Shown here: piece by piece, positions 36,761 through 46,047 of the stretch
Layout of the letters: each line of letters begins with the position of its first letter
Numbering within the stretch: the first letter of the stretch is position 1
NCBI GenBank assembly: GCA_049969615.1
Contig: JBMFOM010000001.1
Span: 32,083-96,082, forward strand
Source of the DNA: a candidate division WOR-3 bacterium
Lineage (GTDB): Bacteria; Hydrothermota; Hydrothermia; JBDRYB01
Length of the DNA: 64,000 nt
Direction of reading: 5' to 3'
Made by a program: the position numbers and the translations under genes
The notes under the pieces: generated by a model
Databases searched by the model: none
Told to the model about the DNA's origin: nothing
What the model saw: only the letters and a program-made list of their open reading frames with translations

Positions 36761-38039
36761 TCTGAAAATCCTCCCCTCTTTCTCTGTAGTCCCTATACAT
36801 ATCAAAGCTCGCGCAGGCCGGTGAAAGGAGAACAACATCCCCGGAGAGCGCCATCCTGAACGCGGCCCTCACCGCGGCCTTCATACCATCGGCGACAAGG
36901 ACATCAACAAGGTCAGAAAATGTGTCCCGAACCTTCTGGCGGCACGCCCCAATCGCCACAATGGCCCTTACCTTATCGCGGATGGCCTCGCGCATGCCCG
37001 TGAAATCAACCCCTTTGTCCAGGCCGCCCATTATTAGGACCACGGGCTCATCAAAACCCGATAGCGCGGCCAGGACCGCGTGGGGGTTTGTCCCTTTTGA
37101 GTCATCGTAGAATCTGACGCCCCGGAGCTCCCTGACGAACTGAACCCTGTGCGGTAGGCCTTTAAACTCGCGGAGAACCCGGCTTATCCTGTCCGGAGAA
37201 ACGTCGGCGAGACTCGCACAGAGCGCGGCCGCCAGAGCGTTGGCCGTGTTGTGAACGCCGACAACCAGGAGCTCTGTCCGGCTCATCAGCCTGTTTCCGA
37301 AGAGAACCAGGTCATCCCCGGACAGCCAGGCAGAGGCCTCTTCGCGAAGGCTGAAGTAGTGGACATTTGACCGGGCGTTCTTTGCAAGGGGCCTGACCAA
37401 GGGGTCATCCGCGTTGAGTACCAGGTAATCGCTTTCATCCTGATTGGCGAATATCCTCGCCTTTGCCGAGCGATAATCCTGAAGCGAAGGATGCCAATCC
37501 AGGTGATCCACATCAATGTTGAGGATCGCGGCCACCCGTGGTTTGAAAGCGTCGGATTGCGCGAGCTGGAAAGACGAGCACTCAACCGCGAAGTTCCCAC
37601 AGGAGGGTGCGAGCGCCGAGAGCGGGAGGCCGACATTGCCGGACGCGGGAACACCGAGCATCTCTGCTACCATTTTGGTCACCGTGCTTTTGCCGTTTGT
37701 CCCGGTTATGGCCACGACGGTGCCGGATATGTTTCTCCAGGCCAGTTCAAGCTCCCCCATCACGGGAATACCGATGTCCCCCGCCCTGCGGACGAGCCAG
37801 TTTGAAGGCGGAACGCCGGGGCTGAGAACCAGAAGGTCAGCCATGAGCGCGCGGAGGGTGTGTCCGCCATGCTCGTGCTCCCTGACCCGTGCGAGCGCGC
37901 CCGGCAACAGGGCTGACCTATCGGTGAGGAATATCCTTGCCCCAAGCCTGGAAAGGAGGCCGGCCGCGGCAAGGCCAGCGGTCCCGCCGCCGACAACCGT
38001 GGCCCTCAGTGTCCCCCAGCTCTTCCAGAACCCACTCAT
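36741..38039 (-). CDS. murD: UDP-N-acetylmuramoylalanine--D-glutamate ligase
   Basis: The GTNGKSTVT motif is present. It sits between mraY and ftsW. Confidence 0.9.
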   Translation of the reverse strand: MSGFWKSWGTLRATVVGGGTAGLAAAGLLSRLGARIFLTDRSALLPGALARVREHEHGGHTLRALMADLLVLSPGVPPSNWLVRRAGDIGIPVMGELELAWRNISGTVVAITGTNGKSTVTKMVAEMLGVPASGNVGLPLSALAPSCGNFAVECSSFQLAQSDAFKPRVAAILNIDVDHLDWHPSLQDYRSAKARIFANQDESDYLVLNADDPLVRPLAKNARSNVHYFSLREEASAWLSGDDLVLFGNRLMSRTELLVVGVHNTANALAAALCASLADVSPDRISRVLREFKGLPHRVQFVRELRGVRFYDDSKGTNPHAVLAALSGFDEPVVLIMGGLDKGVDFTGMREAIRDKVRAIVAIGACRQKVRDTFSDLVDVLVADGMKAAVRAAFRMALSGDVVLLSPACASFDMYRDYRERGEDFQNAVKDI

Positions 38040-38100
38040 CCGGCACCTCCGAAAGCGACCCCAGGGACAGGGGCAAAAGGCGATCTCTCAGCGGACTTGT

Positions 38101-39171
38101 TCATCTTATCTTAAGGGTTGAAAGGGCCAGGAGCGCGAAGAGGATTGATATTATCCAGAACCTGATCACTATGGTGGATTCGTGCCAGCCCTTGCGTTCA
38201 TAGTGGTGGTGGATGGGAGCGCAGAGCCAAACGCGCTTGCCGCGGGTGAGCTTGAAGTATCCGACCTGAATGAGGACCGACATGGCCTCAATCATAAAAA
38301 GCCCGCCGGCGATCACCATGACTATCTCGTGCTTGGTGAGTATGGCTATTATTGCCATAGCGGCCCCGAGGGCCTGGCTTCCGGTGTCACCCATAAAAAC
38401 CTTTGCCGGGTGCGCGTTGAACCAGAGAAAACCCAACAGGGCACCGAGGACACCGCCTGATATAACGGCGAGCTCGCCAGCGCTCGGTATGTAGAGTATT
38501 GCGAGATAAGAGGAAATCTTTATGTGGCCAGCCGCATAGGCTATCGCGGCGAGAGCGCCAAAAACCGGGATGGCCGCACCGGCCGCCAGGCCATCAAGGC
38601 CATCCGTCAGGTTGACCGCGTTGGTCGTCCAGACGAAGAGTATCATGGCAAAAAGCGCATAGAAATAGCCTATGTTCAGCAAAAGATTTTTGGCAAAGGG
38701 CATCTGAACCAGAAAAGCACCATTGGGATAAGCCCACGCTAGGCCGAGCATGACCAGAACGCTCAGGACAAACTGTAAAAGCAGTTTCCACCACTTGCCC
38801 ATGCCTTTCTTCTTCTGGCCCCTGCGCTTGATTATGTCATCCGCCAGACCAACAAGCCCCATGTAGAGCACGGCAAAGAGCGCTATGCCAACCAGGGCCA
38901 CGGGCCTCGCCCAGAGCAGGGAAGCCACCAGAATGCCTATGAGCATCACTATGCCGCCTGAAGAGGGTGTCCCTTCCTTGTGGATGTGATTGCCGGGAAC
39001 ATCCTCGGATATGCGCTCAGGCAGGGAGAACCTCTTTATGAAGGCGGGCATAAGCAGAAAAACAAGGGCACCGGAGGTGAGCGCGGACATGGCGGCTCGG
39101 AATGTTATATAATAGAAGAGATTGAACGGGGTGAAGTGGGGGGTCAATGGGTAAAAAATCTCATAGAGCAT
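38101..39171 (-). CDS. mraY: Phospho-N-acetylmuramoyl-pentapeptide transferase
   Basis: A polytopic membrane protein that carries the conserved [12 protein letters not shown] motif. Confidence 0.9.
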   Translation of the reverse strand: MLYEIFYPLTPHFTPFNLFYYITFRAAMSALTSGALVFLLMPAFIKRFSLPERISEDVPGNHIHKEGTPSSGGIVMLIGILVASLLWARPVALVGIALFAVLYMGLVGLADDIIKRRGQKKKGMGKWWKLLLQFVLSVLVMLGLAWAYPNGAFLVQMPFAKNLLLNIGYFYALFAMILFVWTTNAVNLTDGLDGLAAGAAIPVFGALAAIAYAAGHIKISSYLAILYIPSAGELAVISGGVLGALLGFLWFNAHPAKVFMGDTGSQALGAAMAIIAILTKHEIVMVIAGGLFMIEAMSVLIQVGYFKLTRGKRVWLCAPIHHHYERKGWHESTIVIRFWIISILFALLALSTLKIR

Positions 39172-40456
39172 CTCTCAAAACCTCCAGTATTTTCTCAAGT
39201 CCAACGAGCCTTGAACCCTTCAGCACCAGGATGTCGCCTGGCTTTAGAGTCTTCAAGAGGTGTTCCGCGGCCTCATATGGCCCTGGGAACCACAGGCCCC
39301 CGGAGGCCTCGGCCGTTGCTTTTGCCTCAGATCCGACGCAGATTATCGCTTTAAATCCCCTCCCTCCGGCAAACTCCCCAAGCTCGCGGTGCAGGGCAGG
39401 AGAGCTCTCGCCGAGCTCAAGCATCTCTCCCAGAACCAGGATAGTTCTCTCCGGAGCAGGCAGGGAGGCAACCAGGGCCTCTGCCGAATCCGGATTTGAA
39501 TTGTAGGCGTCGTTTATCACATCTATTTCGCCTATCCTTTCAATTCTCATGCGCATTCCTGTGGGCGTGTATGAGGCGAGGGCAGAACGGGCCGCGTCCG
39601 GATCAACCCCTAGTTCAAAGGCAACGGCCAGCGCGCAGGCCGCGTCGTGAGCGTATCCGGGATGGGGAACCGGAACACGGAATTCGTGGCCCAGGAAGGA
39701 GAAAGAGACCCCGTTCCCCTCCAGGCGGACATCCCTCGCGGAGAAACGGATCACCCGGACATCCGGCCTCAGGGTCGAGAGGAATATTTCCTCATGAAGG
39801 AGACCCTCTGGCAGGAACGCCAGGCCGCCCCTCTCAAGGCCTGAGAGGAGGGCAGACTTCTCCACTGCAACGCCGCGGGTGTCTCCAAAGGCCTCCAGGT
39901 GGCTTCTTCCTACGGCAGTTATCACGGCTATGTGGGGCCTGGCGAGGCCGGCAAGGGCCTTTATCTCTCCGGGGTGATTGGTCCCTATTTCAAGCACGAG
40001 GAAATCATCGTCATCAGAAGCCAGAATGGAGAGGGGAACCCCTATGTTGTTATTGAAGCTCCTGGGGCTTGCCGAAACCGAGAAACGGGCCGAAAGGATG
40101 AGGGAGAGCATGTCCTTTACAGCGGTCTTGCCAAATGAACCGGTTACGGCTATCACGCGGGAACCGAGCCGATTCCTGTGGAAGAAAGCGAGCCGGCTCA
40201 GGGCGGAAAGGGTCTCCTCAACGACTATGACGGGCCGGTCTTCTCCCTTAAAATATATGGGGACAACCGCGGCGGCCGCGCCCCGTGCGAAAGCGTCCGG
40301 AACGAACTCAACCCCATCCCTGGTGCCTCGGAGGGCAAAGAAGAGGTCGCCCCTCCGGACGGTCCGGCTATCAGCCGAAACGCCAGTAACAATGGCATCC
40401 GGGCCCCTGAGCTCGCCCATGAGGGCCTTCTCAATCTCAGCCAGCCTGTATCTCAT
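39161..40456 (-). CDS. murF: UDP-N-acetylmuramoyl-tripeptide--D-alanyl-D-alanine ligase
   Basis: A Mur ligase with the GSFGKT motif, positioned between murE and mraY. Confidence 0.85.
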   Translation of the reverse strand: MRYRLAEIEKALMGELRGPDAIVTGVSADSRTVRRGDLFFALRGTRDGVEFVPDAFARGAAAAVVPIYFKGEDRPVIVVEETLSALSRLAFFHRNRLGSRVIAVTGSFGKTAVKDMLSLILSARFSVSASPRSFNNNIGVPLSILASDDDDFLVLEIGTNHPGEIKALAGLARPHIAVITAVGRSHLEAFGDTRGVAVEKSALLSGLERGGLAFLPEGLLHEEIFLSTLRPDVRVIRFSARDVRLEGNGVSFSFLGHEFRVPVPHPGYAHDAACALAVAFELGVDPDAARSALASYTPTGMRMRIERIGEIDVINDAYNSNPDSAEALVASLPAPERTILVLGEMLELGESSPALHRELGEFAGGRGFKAIICVGSEAKATAEASGGLWFPGPYEAAEHLLKTLKPGDILVLKGSRLVGLEKILEVLRDAL

Positions 40457-41876
40457 TCAGAACCTCATCGGCCACTACCCTATCAGAGAAAGGCACCCGC
40501 GTGCCCTTTATTTCCATGTAATCCTCATGCCCTTTTCCAGCTATGAGGAGGACATCTCCGGGCGCTAGCCCGGATATGGCCTTCCTGATGGCCTCGCGCC
40601 GGTCCAGCACAACCAGAGGCGAGGTCTCCATGCCAGAGAGTATCTCGCGGATTATGTCCGCTGGCTCCTCGTCCCTGGGATTATCTGTTGTGAGAACCAC
40701 GATGTCCGCCTCCTGCTCCGCGACCCTGCCCATGAGGGGGCGTTTTCCCCTGTCCCTGTTGCCCCCGCAACCGAAAACCAAATGGAGCCTCCCGCGGGTA
40801 AGGAGCCTGGCGGCCTTCAGGGCACGGGAAAGCGCCTCCGGGGTGTGAGCGTAGTCAACTATAACGAGAAAATCCCTCGTTTTGCCGACCTTTTCAAAAC
40901 GGCCGGGTGGGCCCTTTGCTGTCCTGAGGGCTGAGGCGACATCCGAGAGCTCAAAACCGAGGCCAACGAGAACCGCGGTCGCGGCCCCCGCGTTGGCCGC
41001 GTTGTGCAGGCCGACTAGGGGAAGGTGAGTCCTGGCGAGCTGGCCAGCTGTCTCAATCTCAAGCGCGAGCCCGGCAGTGTCCGAGCTCAGGACCCTGACC
41101 ATGAGCTCACCCTTGCCATTCAAGCTAAAAAGAATAACCCTGGCCACGGTTTCCTCAATGAACCTGTGCGCCCAGGCGTCATCCGCGTTGACGGCCGCGA
41201 CGGCTGTAGGTGGAAGCATCCTGAAGAACTCAAGCTTTGCCTCAGCATAGGCCTCCTGGGTGCCGTGGTAATCCAGGTGATCCCGGCCCAGGTTGGTGAA
41301 AACGCCAGCGGAGAACTCAAGGCCAAGTATCCTCCTCTCCGCTACCCCGTGTGAGGAAACCTCCATGACTCCAAACCCCGCTCCCTCTTCTATGGCCCTA
41401 GCGAGGAGCCTCTGTATGTCAGGGGATTCTGGAGTCGTCCTCTCTGCTGGCCAGGATGATCTCGGGGTTGAATACTGAACAGTGGTCAGGAGGGCCGCCT
41501 GGTGGCCCATGGCGCGGAGAGCCGAGTGGACTATGAAGGCAGTGGTTGATTTTCCGGCTGTTCCGGTTATGCCTATGAGCCTCATTCGTCCGGAGGGATG
41601 GCCGAAGAACCTGTCAGAGAGAGTGGCCATGGCCTCGCGGGTATCAGGAGCAACAATCCGGGGAAGACGAGAATCAACCGGCTTGGCGGTCAGAAGGGCC
41701 GCGGCTCCGGCGCGCTCCGCGTCCGGGATAAAGTCATGCCCATCCGTGTTCCTGCCGACCAAAGCGCAATAGAGCGAACCGGGGATCACGTTCCTGGAAT
41801 CACAGGTTATGTCAGTTATCTCCGGGTTATCAGTCCCTTTGATAACGAATCCCTCTGCCAGCTCGCTTAGCCTCAT
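40437..41876 (-). CDS. murE: UDP-N-acetylmuramoyl-L-alanyl-D-glutamate--2,6-diaminopimelate ligase
   Basis: A Mur ligase with the GITGTAGKSTT motif. The start MRLSELAEGF abuts the ftsI stop. The ORF track's longer form begins at 41942. Confidence 0.85.
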   Translation of the reverse strand: MRLSELAEGFVIKGTDNPEITDITCDSRNVIPGSLYCALVGRNTDGHDFIPDAERAGAAALLTAKPVDSRLPRIVAPDTREAMATLSDRFFGHPSGRMRLIGITGTAGKSTTAFIVHSALRAMGHQAALLTTVQYSTPRSSWPAERTTPESPDIQRLLARAIEEGAGFGVMEVSSHGVAERRILGLEFSAGVFTNLGRDHLDYHGTQEAYAEAKLEFFRMLPPTAVAAVNADDAWAHRFIEETVARVILFSLNGKGELMVRVLSSDTAGLALEIETAGQLARTHLPLVGLHNAANAGAATAVLVGLGFELSDVASALRTAKGPPGRFEKVGKTRDFLVIVDYAHTPEALSRALKAARLLTRGRLHLVFGCGGNRDRGKRPLMGRVAEQEADIVVLTTDNPRDEEPADIIREILSGMETSPLVVLDRREAIRKAISGLAPGDVLLIAGKGHEDYMEIKGTRVPFSDRVVADEVLNEIQAG

Positions 41877-43477
41877 TTTCCTCCCATGGCCAAAAGGCCG
41901 TAGTCCCTGTTTATCAAGAAAAGGGCTATTTTCCTGAAACACGGTGCCGCGACATCCCCGCCATAGTGGGCGTTCTTCGGCTCATCAACAACGACATATA
42001 TCAGGTATTTTGGGGAATACGCCGGGAAAAACCCCACGAAGGAGGCTATGACCCTGGTCTGGCTGTAGCCGCCGGAAACCGTGTCCGGCTTCTGCGCGGT
42101 GCCGGTTTTGCCCGCTATCATCAGGCCGTCTATCATCGCTTTTCTGCCCGTTCCCTCCTTCACCACGGCTATCATCAATCCAATAAGGGTATCTGCTATG
42201 TCCGGCGAGAGAACCCTCCGGATGAGAATCCTCTGAGGGAACTCCCTGAACTCCTCGCCCGAGACCATCCTCTTTATGAGCCTAGGCGCGAGGAGCTCCC
42301 CTCGGTTGGCTATCGCACAGAAGGCCATCGCCATGCCTATTCCGTTGATCATTATGCCCTGACCCATGCCCGCGTTCGCGGTTCTTATCTTCCGCCATCT
42401 GGAGGGCTTCTCGGGCCTCTTTGACCATTCTCCGGGAAGACAAATCCCCGTTGGCGTGAAAAACCCGAATCTCATGAGAACCTCGTATATTTTTTCCGGG
42501 CCGAGCTGGAGGCCAAGATAAGCCATGCTCCTGTTGGAGGAGTGAACGAGCGCGTCGCGCCAGGTGAGACCACCGGGAAACTGCTCAACATCCCCGATGA
42601 GGTGCTTTCCGACCTGGAGCTTTCCCCGGCCAATGGGGACGGAATCCGAGAGGTTAATGAGGCCGAGCTCAAGCGCCTTTGCCACGATAAACGGCTTCAG
42701 GGTTGAACCGGGCTCAAAGGGATCGGTTAGCGCGTATATCCTGTCTGAGGGCGGATACTGTGTAAGGGCGAGGATCTCTCCGGTCTGAGGGTCAACCGCT
42801 ATGACGAATCCCTTGTCCGCGCCGGTCTGCTCAACTGTTTGTTTTATTGCTGAGTAAGCGAAATCCTCAAGGTCAGAATCTATGGTCAAATAAACATCAT
42901 AGCCGGGCTCCGGAAGCCTCTTCTCCGCGTCGGGAAATGCTATGAGTTCGCCATCAGCGGTTCTCAGAAACATCTCGTAGCCGGGCTTGCCGGATAGGTA
43001 ATCCTCCAGAACCATCTCCGCGCCGGAAAGCCCAACGCTATCATAGCCGACCTTTCCCACTATGCCCCTGGTGGCTTCACCCAGGGGACAAAAGCGCAGG
43101 CTACCTGGCCTGAGGAAGATGCCGCTCACATCGGAGAGCTTCTCCGCGTCCTCTGGCGAAAGGCCCCTTGCCAGCAGGACAGCCTTCTTGTCCCCCATGG
43201 AAACGGGCGAAACGCCGAGCCTGACGAGGGCACGCTTTGGATCCGAGACGGGGCCTGACTGGTAGAGGTTGAAACCCAGGCTGTTGCCGGCGAGAAGCGC
43301 GCCGCGCCTGTCATATATTATGCCCCTCTCGCCGGGGAGCTCCACCCGGGCCAGGTACTGCCTCTTGCCCTGCTCCTTATATTTACTGGCGCCCAGCCAC
43401 TGGAGCCATGCCAAGCGCAAGGCTATCGCGGCTACCCAGAGAAGGAGCAGGATGACCAGCGTTCTTGTCCTCGTCAA
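41873..43477 (-). CDS. ftsI: Penicillin-binding protein 3 (FtsI) transpeptidase
   Basis: An N-terminal TM helix (LVILLLLWVAAIALRL) and an SxxK-type active site (STLKPF) are present. It lies in dcw context. Confidence 0.85.
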   Translation of the reverse strand: MTRTRTLVILLLLWVAAIALRLAWLQWLGASKYKEQGKRQYLARVELPGERGIIYDRRGALLAGNSLGFNLYQSGPVSDPKRALVRLGVSPVSMGDKKAVLLARGLSPEDAEKLSDVSGIFLRPGSLRFCPLGEATRGIVGKVGYDSVGLSGAEMVLEDYLSGKPGYEMFLRTADGELIAFPDAEKRLPEPGYDVYLTIDSDLEDFAYSAIKQTVEQTGADKGFVIAVDPQTGEILALTQYPPSDRIYALTDPFEPGSTLKPFIVAKALELGLINLSDSVPIGRGKLQVGKHLIGDVEQFPGGLTWRDALVHSSNRSMAYLGLQLGPEKIYEVLMRFGFFTPTGICLPGEWSKRPEKPSRWRKIRTANAGMGQGIMINGIGMAMAFCAIANRGELLAPRLIKRMVSGEEFREFPQRILIRRVLSPDIADTLIGLMIAVVKEGTGRKAMIDGLMIAGKTGTAQKPDTVSGGYSQTRVIASFVGFFPAYSPKYLIYVVVDEPKNAHYGGDVAAPCFRKIALFLINRDYGLLAMGGK

Positions 43478-43715
43478 TCGCCATAACCTCCGGATATCTC
43501 ATTCCTATGCTTTTCGCCCTCTGTTCTATGACCAGGAGCCTCTCCTCCTCAGCCAGGCGCGACCTCGCCAGGTTATACTCACGCCTGGCGGACGCGAGCC
43601 GGGATTTCATCTCCGCGAGGGCCCGGGCCTCTGAGTAAACCGTGCTGTTAGCCCATGCCAAAGGGAACAGAAGGGCAAACAAGAGAAAGAATGCCAAAAG
43701 AGACCTCTTCATCAA
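43383..43715 (-). CDS. ftsL: Cell division protein FtsL-like (single TM plus coiled coil)
   Basis: MMKRSLLAFFLLFALLFPLAWA followed by a charged helical region. It sits between rsmH and ftsI. Its 3' end overlaps the ftsI start, so the exact stop is uncertain. Confidence 0.6.
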   Translation of the reverse strand: MMKRSLLAFFLLFALLFPLAWANSTVYSEARALAEMKSRLASARREYNLARSRLAEEERLLVIEQRAKSIGMRYPEVMAIDEDKNAGHPAPSLGSRDSLALGMAPVAGRQ

Positions 43716-44568
43716 TCTCTCCTTTTTTCGCTATGCCGCGAAGTTTCGCTGAGCGAGACCTCGGATTCTCCGCCCTCTCCCGCTGGGAGGGGCAGATTGG
43801 TTTTCGGGTCATGGGTTCGGCTCCGGGTAGCCTTCCGGCGAACTTGACCAGCCTATCCTCTATGGAGTGATAGGATATGACCGCGAGCCTGCCGCCCAAA
43901 CGGAGACAGGACAAGCCGCTGATCAGACCGCGCAGGAGCGCGCCCGGCTCATCGTTGACGAACATGCGGAGGGCCTGGAACACCCTGTGAAGGGCCTTTC
44001 CCCTTCGGCCGGGCGGAAGGGCCTTTTCCACGCAGGAAACCAGGTCCCCGACCGTCCAGAGGGGCCTTGAGGAGACGATTCGCCTGGCTATTGAGGCCGA
44101 GGCTGGCTCCTCGCCGTAGGCCCGCAGGAGCTCGGCTATCCGGTTCGCCGGCAGGGAATTCAGGAGCTCGCTTGCTGGGATGCCCTCGGTCGGATCGTAG
44201 CGCATGTCCAGGGGTTCATCCAAGCGCTTGAACGAGAAGCCGAGGCCAGACCCCTCAAGGAGAAAAGAGGACAGGCCCAGGTCAAGAAAAATCTCCTGTG
44301 GCTGAGGGAACATCCCTTCGGCGAGGATCTCCTTTATCATCCTGAAATCACCCTGCATGACCCTTATGCCGGCCATAGCGAGGCTTGGCCCAGCAACCCG
44401 GATGGTGGAGGGGTTTCTCTCTATGCCAAGAACGAGGCCGCCCGGACCAACAGCCTCAAGGAACCTGAGCGCGTGGCCGCCGAAACCGAGTGTCCCGTCA
44501 ACCACGAGATCCCCGGGCTGGGGCTCAAGAAGCGCGAGGACTTCCTCCACCATGACCGGCCGATGCAT
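43648..44568 (-). CDS. rsmH: 16S rRNA (cytosine1402-N4)-methyltransferase RsmH (MraW)
   Basis: MHRPVMVEEVLALLEPQPGDLVVDGTLGFGGHA is the canonical RsmH N-terminus. The ORF track's longer form begins at 44634. Confidence 0.9.
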   Translation of the reverse strand: MHRPVMVEEVLALLEPQPGDLVVDGTLGFGGHALRFLEAVGPGGLVLGIERNPSTIRVAGPSLAMAGIRVMQGDFRMIKEILAEGMFPQPQEIFLDLGLSSFLLEGSGLGFSFKRLDEPLDMRYDPTEGIPASELLNSLPANRIAELLRAYGEEPASASIARRIVSSRPLWTVGDLVSCVEKALPPGRRGKALHRVFQALRMFVNDEPGALLRGLISGLSCLRLGGRLAVISYHSIEDRLVKFAGRLPGAEPMTRKPICPSQRERAENPRSRSAKLRGIAKKGEIDEEVSFGILSLVCPSVPFGMG

Positions 44569-45074
44569 CAGAGCCTCAGCCCTTCTGGCAGATCCACATT
44601 CTCCGAGTATTCCTGATATTTCTCCGGCGACCATATCTCAAATCCTCTTGGCAGTTTAATGAAGAGCGCCTTGTCCTTTATGCCAGCGTGTTCCGCGAGG
44701 TGGCCGGGTATGACGACTCTGCCCGCGGAATCAACATCAACCGTCTCAGCAAAACCCTGAATGAGCCTGGCCGCGGCCCTGCCCGGCCCAGGCCTGGAAT
44801 CAATGTCCCTGAGCTGCTCCTCAAGCTTCTCCCACTCCGGCTCCGGATAAACCACAATGCAGGGTTCACCAAGGTGGGTCATCACCAGCCTACGAGATGG
44901 CCTCGCCATGGCCCTCTTCACCACCCTCATGAGGTGGTCCCTGACGCCACCGGGGATGACCACTCGGCCCTTGGGATCCACGGCCGCAAGGGCGTTATTC
45001 CTGTTCTTAGGCGTCTTAGCCACCTTATGCCACCTTATGCCAGACACAAAGTATATAGCATTGTCAAGCCTCAA
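44568..45074 (-). CDS. mraZ: Transcriptional regulator MraZ
   Basis: It carries two DXXXR-type MraZ repeats (VDPKGRVVIPG and VDSAGRVVIPG). The N-terminal extension in the ORF is probably not translated. Confidence 0.85.
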   Translation of the reverse strand: MRLDNAIYFVSGIRWHKVAKTPKNRNNALAAVDPKGRVVIPGGVRDHLMRVVKRAMARPSRRLVMTHLGEPCIVVYPEPEWEKLEEQLRDIDSRPGPGRAAARLIQGFAETVDVDSAGRVVIPGHLAEHAGIKDKALFIKLPRGFEIWSPEKYQEYSENVDLPEGLRL

Positions 45075-45230
45075 TCCGAATAATCGCTTTCCCTTTAATT
45101 ATGCGGCTTTCAGCAATTATCAGGCTAAGTCTGCTCTACAAAAGGACTTAGCGGATAAGTTATTGACAATAAAGGACTTATGGGATCGGGTTCGGCCAGG
45201 ATCGGGCCAAAGGCCAATCCGGGCCGCGAA

Positions 45231-45938
45231 TCAGGGGGAAACGCGAGGGGGAGGATGTGGATTGTTGTCTTTTGAGCCTTTATCCCTCATGAAAAGCAGG
45301 AGCGCGCCCGCCTGGCACCTCGCGAGGGCCCTCTCGTGGGAACCTGTCTTGGCATATATCAGGGTGTATGCCTTCTGGCGATAGGCTTGACGTTCGGCAG
45401 GCGAAAGCGATGCGAACGCGGCTTTGGCGCGCGAGAGCTCATCCTCGGCGTATCCGCTGACCCTGTCTTGCCGAACATAGCCAACCGGATAACGCAGGTC
45501 GCCCCTCCTCAGGACGGCCTTCAGGATGGCCAGGGGACACCGTGGTTCTGTTTTGCTCAGGGCATAGGTGTATTCAAGGACACGAATAGCCTCATCAACG
45601 CGCTCCTGGCCGTATGTCCGGTAGAGATCAGAGAGATCTTTATCTGTAAAAACAAAACGTCTCTCGGAAATCAATCGCTCTCCTGGCACGAGGCGCCGCC
45701 TGGGGCCGCTGATCCCCCTGGCAACATATCCAGCCGAGACCAGGGATTTCATGGCCCTCTGAACGCTCCTGACCGAATATCCCGTTGCCCTGGCTATCTC
45801 CTCGTTGGAAACCGACCCCATGTTGATTATAGCGATGAGAACGGCGCCGTCTCGCCTTCCAAGGGTCTCGGTTATCCTTCTCTGGGTTTCCCACTTCACA
45901 CCGGTAATAGTGCTCAGTCCGCGCGCGATGTCACCCAC
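45231..45938 (-). CDS. Winged-helix (MarR-like) DNA-binding protein, hypothetical
   Basis: The segment LIAIINMGSVSNEEIARATGYSVRSVQRAMKSLVSAGYV has a helix-turn-helix pattern. The gene lies upstream of mraZ on the same strand. Confidence 0.55.
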   Translation of the reverse strand: MGDIARGLSTITGVKWETQRRITETLGRRDGAVLIAIINMGSVSNEEIARATGYSVRSVQRAMKSLVSAGYVARGISGPRRRLVPGERLISERRFVFTDKDLSDLYRTYGQERVDEAIRVLEYTYALSKTEPRCPLAILKAVLRRGDLRYPVGYVRQDRVSGYAEDELSRAKAAFASLSPAERQAYRQKAYTLIYAKTGSHERALARCQAGALLLFMRDKGSKDNNPHPPPRVSP

Positions 45939-45953
45939 CCTACTGGTAAAAAG

Positions 45954-45969
45954 CTTTTATTTATAAAAG
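45954..45969. promoter_or_regulatory. 16-bp near-perfect palindrome cttttatttataaaag in the divergent promoter region between the HTH gene and gltX
   Basis: An AT-rich island in otherwise GC-rich DNA. It sits in aaaagcttttatttataaaagatc, where the two arms cttttatt and tataaaag match their reverse complements at 7 of 8 positions. Confidence 0.4.
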
Positions 45970-46047
45970 ATCTTCTTACTCTGTATAGAGGGTGACAGGA
46001 TGGCAAAGCCTTTGAATTGGCACGGGTTCAAGGGTCATAATATAACC

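Noticed and set aside
45020-45042. Tandem duplication ccaccttatgccaccttatgcc upstream of mraZ
   Set aside because: It is a short 11-bp ×2 repeat in a promoter region, with no further copies seen in the window. It was noted, but is too small to interpret.
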